Positions 16,869 to 26,123 are shown, counted from the first letter of the stretch. The stretch: DNA of 29,893 nt from an uncultured Caldilineaceae bacterium (GCA_964460505.1 CAYWSS010000002.1:1-29893); one strand, 5' to 3'. The notes: generated from the letters alone by a model not told the origin. Program-made: numbers and translations.

Positions 16869-17756
16869 GTGGCCGATCAAAATTTTGACCTTGATAATGA
16901 GTGGTTATGCCCCTATTGTCTGGCTCAAACCAAACCAGGTGATAAACGCTGCCCGGCGTGCAAGCAATCGCTGATTGTCTCCACCCGCATTAAAACCAAA
17001 CCGTCGGTGTGGTTGTGGCGGGGGATTGTGCTGCAAATTGGGGCGGCCCTGATCCTGGTTTCTTTGTGGACTGTATCGATGGTCTTTGTTTTGAGACGCA
17101 GCGGCATTCCACGGCCAAGCCTTGTTTTGCCGCTCTACTTTGGTTTGTCGATAGAGCAGCCGGAGTTTGTAATAGAAACCGCGCTTGGGGTCTATCCACG
17201 CCGGCTGTTCTGGAGTTTTCTGCCGGCTGTTCTGATTTCAACCCTGCTGATATTTGTGTTGTATTTCAGAATTAAGCACGGCAACACAGTTTATTTAATC
17301 AGCGCTTGTTTGCTTCTGTCAGCCGGAATCACCATCGTTCTGTTTCTCGACAGAACCCCCATTAATCTGGTCATCGGTGGCTTCTGCGTTGTGCTGGGGG
17401 CCGGCCAATTGATCATTACCATGAATTTGTGGAACGACTTTAAGTTTAAATCCGGCCGGTTGAGAATGCGGATTGATAAGGGAGCAAAAAATCACACTTC
17501 GTTATATTTGAGCAGCCGCAAGTACGCCGAACTGAAAATGTGGGGGCTGTCGGCCCTTCATTTGCGGTGGGCTACAGGCCGCCATCCGCGCAAGGCTGTT
17601 TACCACATGGCTTTGGCCGTTTCCTACATGAAACTTAAACGTTACGAACTGGCGGAAAAATCGCTGGACAGCGCAGAAGAAATAGACCCCGATGCCATCG
17701 AAATCTGGCAATTACGAAAGCAGTTAAATGCCAGGAGAAAAGGGGGCAGGGGTTAG
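16869..17756 (+). CDS. hypothetical membrane protein: N-terminal zinc ribbon, about 4 TM helices, C-terminal TPR-like region
   Basis: CPYC-x10-CPAC; hydrophobic core; YHMALAVSYMKLKRYELAEKSLDSAEEIDP TPR-like. Confidence 0.7.
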   Translation: MADQNFDLDNEWLCPYCLAQTKPGDKRCPACKQSLIVSTRIKTKPSVWLWRGIVLQIGAALILVSLWTVSMVFVLRRSGIPRPSLVLPLYFGLSIEQPEFVIETALGVYPRRLFWSFLPAVLISTLLIFVLYFRIKHGNTVYLISACLLLSAGITIVLFLDRTPINLVIGGFCVVLGAGQLIITMNLWNDFKFKSGRLRMRIDKGAKNHTSLYLSSRKYAELKMWGLSALHLRWATGRHPRKAVYHMALAVSYMKLKRYELAEKSLDSAEEIDPDAIEIWQLRKQLNARRKGGRG

Positions 17757-17797
17757 GGACTCGGGTAGAACATTTAGATGTTGTTAAGGAGCCACTT

Positions 17798-19015
17798 ATG
17801 AAACCAGAAAACAAATTATTGACAAAAACATTGGATGAAGAGTCCGGCAGTAATCCGGTGTCAACTTTTATATTGAAAAAACTAAAAGAGCCGCAACCAC
17901 CTTGGCCAGAATATTTCGGGTTAAAACGGTTGAGCTTGTTAACGATAATAATAGTTTTGACTGGAATCATTTTACTCTTAGTATCCGCCCCTGTAATAGC
18001 CAATAATGACGCTGACAACTTTCCTGATAATCTGGGCAAAACACAATTTCAAGAAAATATCGGCGGTACTGATGTTGTCACCTTCACTATTTATCTGCCA
18101 ATTATCTATGTCTCACCAACAGGATGGCAGCCTCCTCAAACTTCGGGAACCACCAACCTGCTCAACGGTGCAGGCTGCAATGGATCTAACTGTGTTGCAG
18201 GTGGGCCAGGCTTAAATGTTTACACCAATGACGGCGGTAGCAACTGGACGTCGGTCACATCTGGCTTAACTAATATTACGCTGTATGATGTTAGTTGTGC
18301 CACCACTACCAAATGTGTGGCAGTGGGAAAAAGCACCGGCAGCAACGGTATAATTCTGGTATCAAATGATGGCGGGCAAAGCTGGTCATCATCCTTCAAC
18401 CAGTCGTACCAGATGAATGCGGTTGACTGCCCCCTGGCCGATCAATGTTTTGCGGTTGGTGACGAAAGCGAAGCTCGATATGTACTCGATGGTGACACCA
18501 GCAATTGGCAGGGCGATAGGTTAGGTAATACCCCGCTTTACGGCATTGATTGCTTTGGCAATAGACATTGCTGGATGGTAGGGCTTGGCGGCCGTGTAAT
18601 TGGTATTTATCCCCTGGCAGCCGGCCCCGACGGCATAGGTGTTATTACAAAGAAAGATTTATTCCTGTCCCCGGTTCGGACATTATTAGCCATTGGCTGC
18701 TCGGGAACTGATGGACAACATTGCGTAACGGTGGGAGACCTTGGTGCCGTGGCCAAAACCATCAATGGCGGAGGCAGTTGGTCCAAGCCAAATTCCGGGA
18801 CCACTGAAAATTTAAATGGGGTTAGCTGCCCCACTGCATCACACTGTTACGCGGTTGGAAACAACGGAACGCTGCTAATCTCTGAAGATGGTGGCACGAC
18901 ATGGAATCCGGAAACCTCACCCACGAGTGAGAATTTAAACGATATTGAATGTTTTGCCGAAAGTTCCAATTGTTTTGCAGTGGGCGCTAACGGCACAATT
19001 TTGCGTCGCTATTAA
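17798..19015 (+). CDS. exported beta-propeller protein with BNR/Asp-box motifs (YCF48-like) and seven Cys-pair repeats
   Basis: TM/signal segment, IYLPII motif, Asp-boxes TNDGGSNW, SNDGGQSW, INGGGSW, SEDGGTTW; 7 repeats of C-x4-6-C-xxxG. Confidence 0.75.
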   Translation: MKPENKLLTKTLDEESGSNPVSTFILKKLKEPQPPWPEYFGLKRLSLLTIIIVLTGIILLLVSAPVIANNDADNFPDNLGKTQFQENIGGTDVVTFTIYLPIIYVSPTGWQPPQTSGTTNLLNGAGCNGSNCVAGGPGLNVYTNDGGSNWTSVTSGLTNITLYDVSCATTTKCVAVGKSTGSNGIILVSNDGGQSWSSSFNQSYQMNAVDCPLADQCFAVGDESEARYVLDGDTSNWQGDRLGNTPLYGIDCFGNRHCWMVGLGGRVIGIYPLAAGPDGIGVITKKDLFLSPVRTLLAIGCSGTDGQHCVTVGDLGAVAKTINGGGSWSKPNSGTTENLNGVSCPTASHCYAVGNNGTLLISEDGGTTWNPETSPTSENLNDIECFAESSNCFAVGANGTILRRY

Positions 19016-19033
19016 TGAACAAGGATAAACAAA

Positions 19034-19729
19034 ATGGATCATTTTATCGACATCTACCTCAATCACGCCGGCGCCTATCACCAGATGATGACGCCGGAAG
19101 ATGTGGAAGGGAACTTGCTGCCCGCCCTGCAAAATATAGCCTCGCTTCAGGGCAAACACATTCTGGATTTGGGGACCGGCACCGGGCGTTTACCGCTATT
19201 GTTGGCCAAGCAGGCCGCACAGATGATTTGTCTGGATTTGCACCACGGGATGGTAAAAGAACATCAGCGCCGGCGGGACCGGCAAAACGGCCGGTGGGGT
19301 CTCTGTCAGGGAGATATGCGGACCCTGCCGGTGCCTTCTCATTGGGCCGAAGTTGTGACCGCAGGCTGGGCGCTTGGCCATTTTGTGGGCTGGTACGGTG
19401 AGCATTGGCAAACACAGGCCGAACACGTTTTGCAGGAAATGCACCGGGCGGCGACAGCGGATGGCGCAATTATTATCATGGAAACCCTGACCACCGGCAG
19501 CCTTACCCCGGCCCCACCAACCGCAGGACTGGCCCGGTATTACCGGTGGCTGGAGAACGATTGGGGCTTTAGCCGGCAGGAAATCAGCACCGACTACCAG
19601 TTTTCCAGCGTGGATGAGACGGTGGCTCGCACCGAGTTTTTCTTTGGGGCGAAATTAGCGGCCAGAGTGAGGGAAAATAATTGGGCGCGCTTGCCGGAGT
19701 GGACCGGCGTTTGGGGCAAGCGTCTCTAA
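19034..19729 (+). CDS. class I SAM-dependent methyltransferase
   Basis: ILDLGTGTGR, CLD, QGDMRTLP motifs; SD AAGGA upstream. Confidence 0.85.
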   Translation: MDHFIDIYLNHAGAYHQMMTPEDVEGNLLPALQNIASLQGKHILDLGTGTGRLPLLLAKQAAQMICLDLHHGMVKEHQRRRDRQNGRWGLCQGDMRTLPVPSHWAEVVTAGWALGHFVGWYGEHWQTQAEHVLQEMHRAATADGAIIIMETLTTGSLTPAPPTAGLARYYRWLENDWGFSRQEISTDYQFSSVDETVARTEFFFGAKLAARVRENNWARLPEWTGVWGKRL

Positions 19730-20829
19730 ACGGAGAATTTCCGGTATTCGTTTTTGCACGGATGCCCCCACACGGCCCAAAATTCCCGGGTGGCGGGGCG
19801 CATAATGGCCGCACCGCACGTTTCGATAAAGAGCGGAAACTTAACATGAGCGCAAATTCCGTATCTTTCGCTGTGGTCGCGGGTCAGGGCGAACAAGTCC
19901 TCTAACGTAACATTTCTTTGCCGCAGTAATTCCCGCCCACGCTCCAGCCGGGTGTGTGAACTATTTATGGATTGTGCCAGCCGTTCCCGCTCAAGTGTTG
20001 AATTATCTTTTGCCAGGCAATGGTTGGTATGCACCACACTGCCCAACGTAACCTCCTCAACGTGGCAGTGAGAGGCCATAGCCTCAATGTTAAACCCCCG
20101 GCCGGTAGCGTCGGCCAGCATGTAGTTGTGCCCGCCCGCCAGTTGGGCCTCGGTGATGCAGGCCAGGGCATTGTCCAGATTATCCTGAGCCAACGTTTTG
20201 CGTACCACAAAGGGCCAGGTTACGCCCACCTGCCCGTCGCTGCCTACCAGATTATTGATGCCGATGGCAATTCCGGCTTCGTTCATGCCAATCATTCCCA
20301 CGCAGCCCATAATCGTCAGGGTTAAAAATCGCAGGCCGCCGGCAGGATTGCCGTGGAGCAGGATTACAAACGGCGTGGCGGTGGAATGCATATCCCAGGT
20401 TTGGCCGAAAAATCCGCGCCCGTCGATAGTCGCCTCGGAACTAACAATGAAGGCGGTGCAATTATCCAGGCCGGGATGGGCCGGCGCGCTGCCTGCAACC
20501 GGAGAAGAAGCAAAATTATGCACCGTGTCGATAAAGTCGGTGAAACCGTTGAGAATGAGCAATTCAGCCGGCGTCAATCCGGTAACTTCACCGATTCCGC
20601 GCAACTCTTCCATTAAATCGGGGGCATATTCGTGGTGATAAGGGAGGCAGGCTTCGGCTAAGGCCAGCACCTGCTCTTGCGGGAGCATCTGCCCGGTCCA
20701 GGCTCTGGTGCTGCACAGGCCAACGCGCTCTTCAGCCGGCGTTCGAATTTCTTTGGCAAATCGCAAGGCGTGTTGACGTCCCATTTCAAGGGGCGTGCCG
20801 GATACCTGCACTACTCGAATTTTGGGCAT
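19726..20829 (-). CDS. peptidase C45 / Ntn-hydrolase (isopenicillin-N acyltransferase-like)
   Basis: GTPLEMGRQH, EELRGIG, DNCTAF autoprocessing site, GQTWD, IGMNEAGIAIGINNL, VHTNH, SHTRLER. Confidence 0.85.
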   Translation of the reverse strand: MPKIRVVQVSGTPLEMGRQHALRFAKEIRTPAEERVGLCSTRAWTGQMLPQEQVLALAEACLPYHHEYAPDLMEELRGIGEVTGLTPAELLILNGFTDFIDTVHNFASSPVAGSAPAHPGLDNCTAFIVSSEATIDGRGFFGQTWDMHSTATPFVILLHGNPAGGLRFLTLTIMGCVGMIGMNEAGIAIGINNLVGSDGQVGVTWPFVVRKTLAQDNLDNALACITEAQLAGGHNYMLADATGRGFNIEAMASHCHVEEVTLGSVVHTNHCLAKDNSTLERERLAQSINSSHTRLERGRELLRQRNVTLEDLFALTRDHSERYGICAHVKFPLFIETCGAAIMRPATREFWAVWGHPCKNEYRKFSV

Positions 20830-21116
20830 TGGCTTCCTCTATCTGGTTGTTCACTCCCGGACACTTTTAATCATGAATTACGCGAATAGACGAAGATCGC
20901 AAATGTTTTTAAAGATTTTAGAAATAAGTCTTCGATAAATTCGCCTGTTTGCGCCATTCGCGATAAGATTTTTTGTTTTGTTAAAAAATGTTCGTTTAAC
21001 ATTTGTTGACGGAACGGGTTCACTGAACTTGCACGGTGGTATAAAACGATTCTGACCTTAAATCGAGCTTCCGGGAAGGTTTGTCGGGTAACAAATGCCA
21101 AAGGTACAATTTGGAT

Positions 21117-22415
21117 CTACTGTGTCTTGTCCTGATCAGGGTCTAACACAAACAGGTGCCTGATCGCCGAAACGTACAGCACGCCATTACCCTCGGCGGC
21201 CTGGTTTTTTAGACGCCTCGTGGGTTGATGCAGGATTTTGTTCACCAGGCGATGGCTCATGCGCTTCACCATCTCCTGCTCACGCTCGTCAAGGTCCAGC
21301 CGGTTAAATAGCTGCTTCAATTCTCTCAGCCTGAGTTCCTCAATGTGGCTGCGCAGTTGAGTGATGGTTGAAACAACATCCAGCGAGGCGTACCATTTTA
21401 AGAACCCCGACACCTCTTCCTTAACAATCGTTTTAACCCGGGGAATCTCTGCCTCACGGGCGGCCACGTTGTTGTCGGCCTGCCCCTGTAAATCGTCGAT
21501 GTCCCGCAGGTAAACGTTGGGCAGCTCGGTAACGTCGGAGTCTACATCGCGCGGAACAGCAATATCAATGATGAATAAACCGCGGTCTGGCCTCATATTC
21601 ATTGCCGGTTCAAGTAGCTGGCGATTGATAATGGTGTGGGGTGCGCCGGTGCTGGTAATAACAATATCGGCGCTAACCAGCGCCTCCGGCATTTGTTGAA
21701 AGGTGATGGCCTTGCCGCCCCATTCCCGGGCCAGGGCTTCTGCATTTCTAAAGGTTCTGTTAGCCACCGTTATTCTGAAAACACCCCGTTTGCGGAGCGC
21801 CCGGACCGCAATTGCGCCCATTTTTCCGGCGCCAAATAAAACCACGTGCTGCTCCGGCAAATTGCCCAGTAATTGCTCGGCCAGCCCGGCAGCCACAGAG
21901 CTGATGGATGACGGGTTTACGCCAATTTGGGTTTCGGTGCGCACCCGTTTTCCGGCGTGAATGGCCGCCCTGAACAGGGCCGACAGAACCGTGCCTGCTG
22001 CGCGCTGGGAGAGGGCGGCTTCGTAGGCATCTGTGACCTGCCCCAAAATTTGAGACTCTCCCAGCACCATCGAGTCCAGGCCCGCAGCAACCTTAAACAA
22101 ATGGCCGGCGGCCTCTTCGTCTTTAAAAGTGTAGAGATGTTCGGCAAATAATTCCGGGGAAACCCCGCACGAACGGCTGAGTAGTTTTATGATATCGCGG
22201 GCTGCAACCTGCGGGTCTTGCACCAGGGCGTAAATTTCCATCCGGTTGCAGGTAGACAAAATGATGCCCTCGTGTACATCTGTCAGGTGGGCTTTTGAAT
22301 GGTTGGTATCAAAATGGGTCAGCGTCGAGCGCAGCCTGTTTTGGTTAAAATCAAGATGCTCCCTGATTTCCACCGGGGCTGTTTTGTGGCTCAAACCGAG
22401 CAATAAAATCTTCAT
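21117..22415 (-). CDS. hemA: glutamyl-tRNA reductase
   Basis: GLSHKTAPVEIRE, ILSTCNRMEIY (catalytic Cys), GLDSMVLGESQILGQV, GAGKMG, IDIAVPRD, NKILHQP. Confidence 0.97.
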   Translation of the reverse strand: MKILLLGLSHKTAPVEIREHLDFNQNRLRSTLTHFDTNHSKAHLTDVHEGIILSTCNRMEIYALVQDPQVAARDIIKLLSRSCGVSPELFAEHLYTFKDEEAAGHLFKVAAGLDSMVLGESQILGQVTDAYEAALSQRAAGTVLSALFRAAIHAGKRVRTETQIGVNPSSISSVAAGLAEQLLGNLPEQHVVLFGAGKMGAIAVRALRKRGVFRITVANRTFRNAEALAREWGGKAITFQQMPEALVSADIVITSTGAPHTIINRQLLEPAMNMRPDRGLFIIDIAVPRDVDSDVTELPNVYLRDIDDLQGQADNNVAAREAEIPRVKTIVKEEVSGFLKWYASLDVVSTITQLRSHIEELRLRELKQLFNRLDLDEREQEMVKRMSHRLVNKILHQPTRRLKNQAAEGNGVLYVSAIRHLFVLDPDQDKTQ

Positions 22416-22427
22416 GACATCACCTGC

Positions 22428-23690
22428 TTAAACACCTTGCAGCGGGGCCTGCTCTGTATTGGTTTCGGTTTTTATGGGGCCCGTCAGCAACGCCTCAACC
22501 ACCGACCCGGCAGCAAAATTACCCTGTCCGTGTGGCAGCACAACCAATCCATTGGCTCCGCTCATCGATAGCAGCCGGCCCGACCCCTGAAAGCCCGTGG
22601 TGGAGGCAGTGAGTTTGCCGTCTGCGTGGCGGGTGAGCGCTACCCGCTGAAATTCGGTGCGGGCGGCATTGTGTTTAAAGGCGTGGGCCAGGGTTGCCGG
22701 TTCGCGCTGCCGGTAAATATGCGTGTGCCCCGCCATTTTTTGCAGCGCCGGCCGTACAAACACCTCGAAGCTAACCAGCGCGCTGACCGGAAAACCGGGC
22801 ATTGCAAAACAGGGCTTGCCGTCGATGGTGGCAAAGGTAACCGGCTTGCCCGGCTTGGTGTTGACCCGCCCAAAATGCACGGTTCCGCGTGAGGCCAGAT
22901 ACGGCTTGACCAGATCGAGCTGCCCCATCGATACCCCGCCGGAGGTGAGCAGCACGTCCGCTTCCGCCAGCCCTTTCTCAAGGGTGGCCTTAAGCGTGCC
23001 CTGCTTGTCGCGCACAATGCCCAAATCCAGTGCGGTTGCGCCGGCTTGTCGCACGGCGCTCATCAGGGTAAAACGGTTAGAATCACGAATTTGGCCGGGT
23101 TTGGGCGTTTCGTGTGGCTCAACAATTTCGTCACCGGTAGACATAACGGCCACCACCGGCCGCCGGTATACCAACACCACCGGCCGCCCGACCGTGCTCA
23201 ACAACCCCAATTCCGGCGGGCCGAGCACCGTTCCCCGGGCCAGCACCTGCCGGCCCGTTTCAATATCCTGGCCAATGGGCCTTAAATTGTCACCGGGCAA
23301 AATATCGCCGGCCAGGATTTCAACTTGACCATTTCCGGCTTCACACTGTTCAACCATGACTACGGCATCCGCTCCCGGCGGCGCGGGCGCACCGGTGGTA
23401 ACTCGGGCTGCAGTGCCGGGCTTAATTTGAATTGGCTCTACGTAACCGGCGGCCTGATCGCCCACCAGCCGGCGCGCGCCGGTGCCATCGGCGGCAATTA
23501 CCGCATATCCGTCGACGCCGGAGGCGACAAAGGGGGGCATTGGCTCTTTGGCCACAATATTTTCGGCCAGCACAAAATCCAGAGAACTAAACAGGGGGAG
23601 GCTCACAGCGGGTAACGGGTAGGTCTCACGGTGAATAATAGTTAAAGCTTCTTCGATAGAAATCATCGGGTAGGGGGATTCGAGCGGCAT
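22428..23690 (-). CDS. moeA: molybdopterin molybdotransferase (gephyrin E-like)
   Basis: PPFVASGVDGYAV, TGAPAPPGADAVVMVE, STGDE, DSN, TSGGVSMG, KPGKP, PGFPVS, QGSGRL. Confidence 0.95.
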   Translation of the reverse strand: MPLESPYPMISIEEALTIIHRETYPLPAVSLPLFSSLDFVLAENIVAKEPMPPFVASGVDGYAVIAADGTGARRLVGDQAAGYVEPIQIKPGTAARVTTGAPAPPGADAVVMVEQCEAGNGQVEILAGDILPGDNLRPIGQDIETGRQVLARGTVLGPPELGLLSTVGRPVVLVYRRPVVAVMSTGDEIVEPHETPKPGQIRDSNRFTLMSAVRQAGATALDLGIVRDKQGTLKATLEKGLAEADVLLTSGGVSMGQLDLVKPYLASRGTVHFGRVNTKPGKPVTFATIDGKPCFAMPGFPVSALVSFEVFVRPALQKMAGHTHIYRQREPATLAHAFKHNAARTEFQRVALTRHADGKLTASTTGFQGSGRLLSMSGANGLVVLPHGQGNFAAGSVVEALLTGPIKTETNTEQAPLQGV

Positions 23691-23800
23691 AAAAAATTAC
23701 CTCACAGTGATGGTTGCAATTTTGTGAATTTACGAACCCGAATTTCGGAGTCGGAATTCACAGTAGGAGTATACTTTTTTTGGGGGAAAAATTCAAAATG

Positions 23801-23834
23801 CAGGTGACAGGTGACAGGTTGCAACCTGCAACCT
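23801..23834. repeat. heptamer tandem array forming a hairpin
   Basis: CAGGTGA CAGGTGA CAGGTTG CAACCTG CAACCT. Confidence 0.6.
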
Positions 23835-23888
23835 ATAGCTTTTGTGCTACAATAAGTGAGTTATTCCACGACATCCGAAACTTTGTAA

Positions 23889-25172
23889 ATGATTATGAAA
23901 AACTTCCGTAAAAAACGATACCTGCTACTTGTTGTCGCCCTTATTTTAGTCGCACTGTTCGCTTGGTTTATTACCACAGAAAATACCACCATCTGGCCCA
24001 TTAGAAACACAATTCAGTACCATTTGCTGGTTTGGTGGGCCGGCCCTGTTTCTGAACCCGATTCCACAGAAAGTGGCGCTCTGGCCGGCGCTATCCGCAA
24101 TATTGAAGGCCGGCCCATCAAAGGGGCAACCGTGCTGGTTGCTGCCCGGGATGGAACGACTTTCAGCAGTCGCAGCGGGGCGGATGGCTTGTATTTTGTT
24201 GATGGCATTCCGCCCGGCACGTACCGGCCGGTGGCGGGGGCACCCGGTTATGAGAGCGTTCAATTTGGCGGGTTAGTGGGAGATGTGGAAATTGCCGCCA
24301 ACGCCCAAACCGAGGTAGATGCCGCGCTGCCAATTTACCGGCCATCCACCGTTTTGCCTGGGGTGGATTTACACCTTTCCGAAGCAACAACCCCCACCTG
24401 CAGCAATCCGCTGGAAAGCAGCGCCATCCGGCGGCAGCTTTTTTTTAACAGCGGGGGGCGGCCCAACCAGCCCACCTTCTATTACACGCCGCTAACCGCG
24501 ACCACTACCTCTCAGCTTCCTCTACTGTTGGCCATCTATCCCGGCCCCGCCGAGTCGTGGCAGTGTGTCAGCCTGCCGCTGGCTGCCGCCGGGTACGCCG
24601 TGCTGGCCGCCGGCCCGGCTTACACTTTTGAATTTGAAGCAACTTTGGATGAGATGGAGCGGCTGCTGGCCTTTGCCCACGAGGGCCAATTTCCGGGGAC
24701 GACGGCCGACCGGGTTGCGCTGTTGGGGGGCAGTTACAGCACCATCCACGTGCAGCGGCTGTTGCAGCGGGGGCAGGAAAACATAGAAAGTGCGGTGCTG
24801 CTCGGCCCGCCCACAGATTTGTTTGATATGCGGCGGCGGCTGGAAAACGGCACCTTTTCCCCCCCGTTTGGGCTGGACCAGGCGGCCAGAGCGCTCGGCT
24901 TGCCGGACCGGGTGCCGTTGCGGTACTGGAAATATTCCGGGGCGTACCACGTTGCCGGCAATTATCCGCCGGTGATTATTTTCCACAGCCGCAACGACAA
25001 AATTGTGCCCTACCAACAAAGCGAACTGCTGGCCGCCAATCTGGATGTGGCCGGCGCGCCGAACGAACTGTACCTGTTTGATGGGGCCACCCACTACCTG
25101 ATGGCCGAAGGCGGCGGCGCGCTGGAAATATTTGAGCGCGCGCTTGATTTTTTGGCAGCTCATTTGAAATAG
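23889..25172 (+). CDS. exported protein: carboxypeptidase-regulatory-like (beta-sandwich) domain + alpha/beta hydrolase (S9-like)
   Basis: N-terminal TM; GRPIKGATV..DGLYFVDGIPPGTY; nucleophile GGSYS, acid HSRNDKIVP, His FDGATHY. Confidence 0.8.
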   Translation: MIMKNFRKKRYLLLVVALILVALFAWFITTENTTIWPIRNTIQYHLLVWWAGPVSEPDSTESGALAGAIRNIEGRPIKGATVLVAARDGTTFSSRSGADGLYFVDGIPPGTYRPVAGAPGYESVQFGGLVGDVEIAANAQTEVDAALPIYRPSTVLPGVDLHLSEATTPTCSNPLESSAIRRQLFFNSGGRPNQPTFYYTPLTATTTSQLPLLLAIYPGPAESWQCVSLPLAAAGYAVLAAGPAYTFEFEATLDEMERLLAFAHEGQFPGTTADRVALLGGSYSTIHVQRLLQRGQENIESAVLLGPPTDLFDMRRRLENGTFSPPFGLDQAARALGLPDRVPLRYWKYSGAYHVAGNYPPVIIFHSRNDKIVPYQQSELLAANLDVAGAPNELYLFDGATHYLMAEGGGALEIFERALDFLAAHLK

Positions 25173-25203
25173 GTCGGGCAATTTTAAAAATGATTGTCTC
25201 AAG

Positions 25204-25254
25204 ATTTGTATTACGTACTTTGTAAAACACTCATTATTACGCAATACGCAATAC
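25204..25254. repeat. degenerate TACGCAA-family heptamer array between convergent genes
   Basis: TATTACGTACT and TACGCAATACGCAATAC shared with 5310-5534 and 14208-14313. Confidence 0.55.
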
Positions 25255-25309
25255 ATTTGGATTGATTTTACCTGTCCAAACCAACCGGTGCCGGGAAAGG
25301 AAATTTTCT

Positions 25310-26014
25310 TTACATCAAACGAGGCAGCGGCGTAATGCACTCCGGCACATCGTTGCGGGGATTGTTGACCAGGGTTGAAACGGGGTAGGCCGTCATCTGT
25401 TGGGCGGGGTAGGGCTTGAGCAAGCCCTGCAATTGCTCCGGTTTCTGTTCTGCCGGGTCAAGCCACTGCGGGTAATATTTCGGCGGCAAAATCACCGGCA
25501 TCCGATTGTGGATTTTCTCCATCAATTCGTTGGGCGGGGTGGTGATGATGGTGCAGGAAAGCACCTCATCGCCGTGGGGCGATTGCCAGTATTCCCACAA
25601 ACCGGCAAAAGCAAACGGCTCCTGCGATTCCAGTTGAATGTACATTGGGGTTTTGGCCCCCCTTCTTTTCCCCCCTCCGGGGGGGGAAGAAAGGGGGGGA
25701 TGCCACTCGTAGAAGCCGTCCGTCAAAATCAGGCAGCGACGCCGGCGGTAAGCCACCCGGAAGGAGGGTTTCTGGGCCAGGGTTTCGGAGCGGGCATTAA
25801 TCATCCGGTTGCCAATTTTGGGGTCTTTGGCCCAGGAGGGAATCAGGCCCCACCGGAAAAAATCAATTTGATTTTGGCCGTTGTTGGCCACCACCGCCAC
25901 CGGTTGCGAGGGGGCAATATTAAAGCGTGGCGAGTACTCTTTTGGCGGCGTGAACCCGACAAACGATTCCGCTAATTTTTTTGCATCAGCATTTAAAGTA
26001 AATCGCCCACACAT
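25310..26014 (-). CDS. SOS response-associated peptidase (SRAP, YedK/HMCES family; abasic-site crosslinking protein)
   Basis: MCGRF N-terminus, PRFNIAP, WGLIPSW, INARSET, DGFYEW, AGLW, IHNRMPVIL. Confidence 0.95.
   Translation of the reverse strand: MCGRFTLNADAKKLAESFVGFTPPKEYSPRFNIAPSQPVAVVANNGQNQIDFFRWGLIPSWAKDPKIGNRMINARSETLAQKPSFRVAYRRRRCLILTDGFYEWHPPLSSPPGGGKRRGAKTPMYIQLESQEPFAFAGLWEYWQSPHGDEVLSCTIITTPPNELMEKIHNRMPVILPPKYYPQWLDPAEQKPEQLQGLLKPYPAQQMTAYPVSTLVNNPRNDVPECITPLPRLM
25657..25699. repeat. REP-like GC hairpin inside the SRAP coding sequence
   Basis: CCCCCCTTCTTTTCCCCCC-TCCGG-GGGGGGAAGAAAGGGGGGG, translated in frame as part of HPPLSSPPGGGKRRG. Confidence 0.6.
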
Positions 26015-26044
26015 GATTTTCCCCTTTGAAGAAAGGGGCTAGGG

Positions 26045-26120
26045 TTTGGGAATTGGGAGTTAGGGAAAAACACCTGCTTCATTTTGTCCCTAAATCCTAA
26101 CTCCTGACTCCTAACCCCTG
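26045..26120. repeat. heptamer arrays arranged as an inverted pair
   Basis: TTTGGGA ATTGGGA GTTAGGG ... CCCTAAA TCCTAAC TCCTGAC TCCTAAC CCCTG. Confidence 0.55.
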
Positions 26121-26123
26121 TTT

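Noticed and set aside
19015-19401. 128-aa ORF coupled by TAATG to the propeller gene
   Set aside because: Out of frame with the methyltransferase at 19034, which has SAM motifs and an SD
24522-25340. 272-aa minus-strand ORF and other long overlapping ORFs (e.g. 1314-1907, 25400-25975, 6594-7124)
   Set aside because: Antisense or alternative frames of confident genes, with no recognisable domains
25310-26014. SRAP as a marker of a prophage or mutagenesis island
   Set aside because: No integrase, umuDC/imuABC or phage genes nearby; flanks are ordinary metabolic genes
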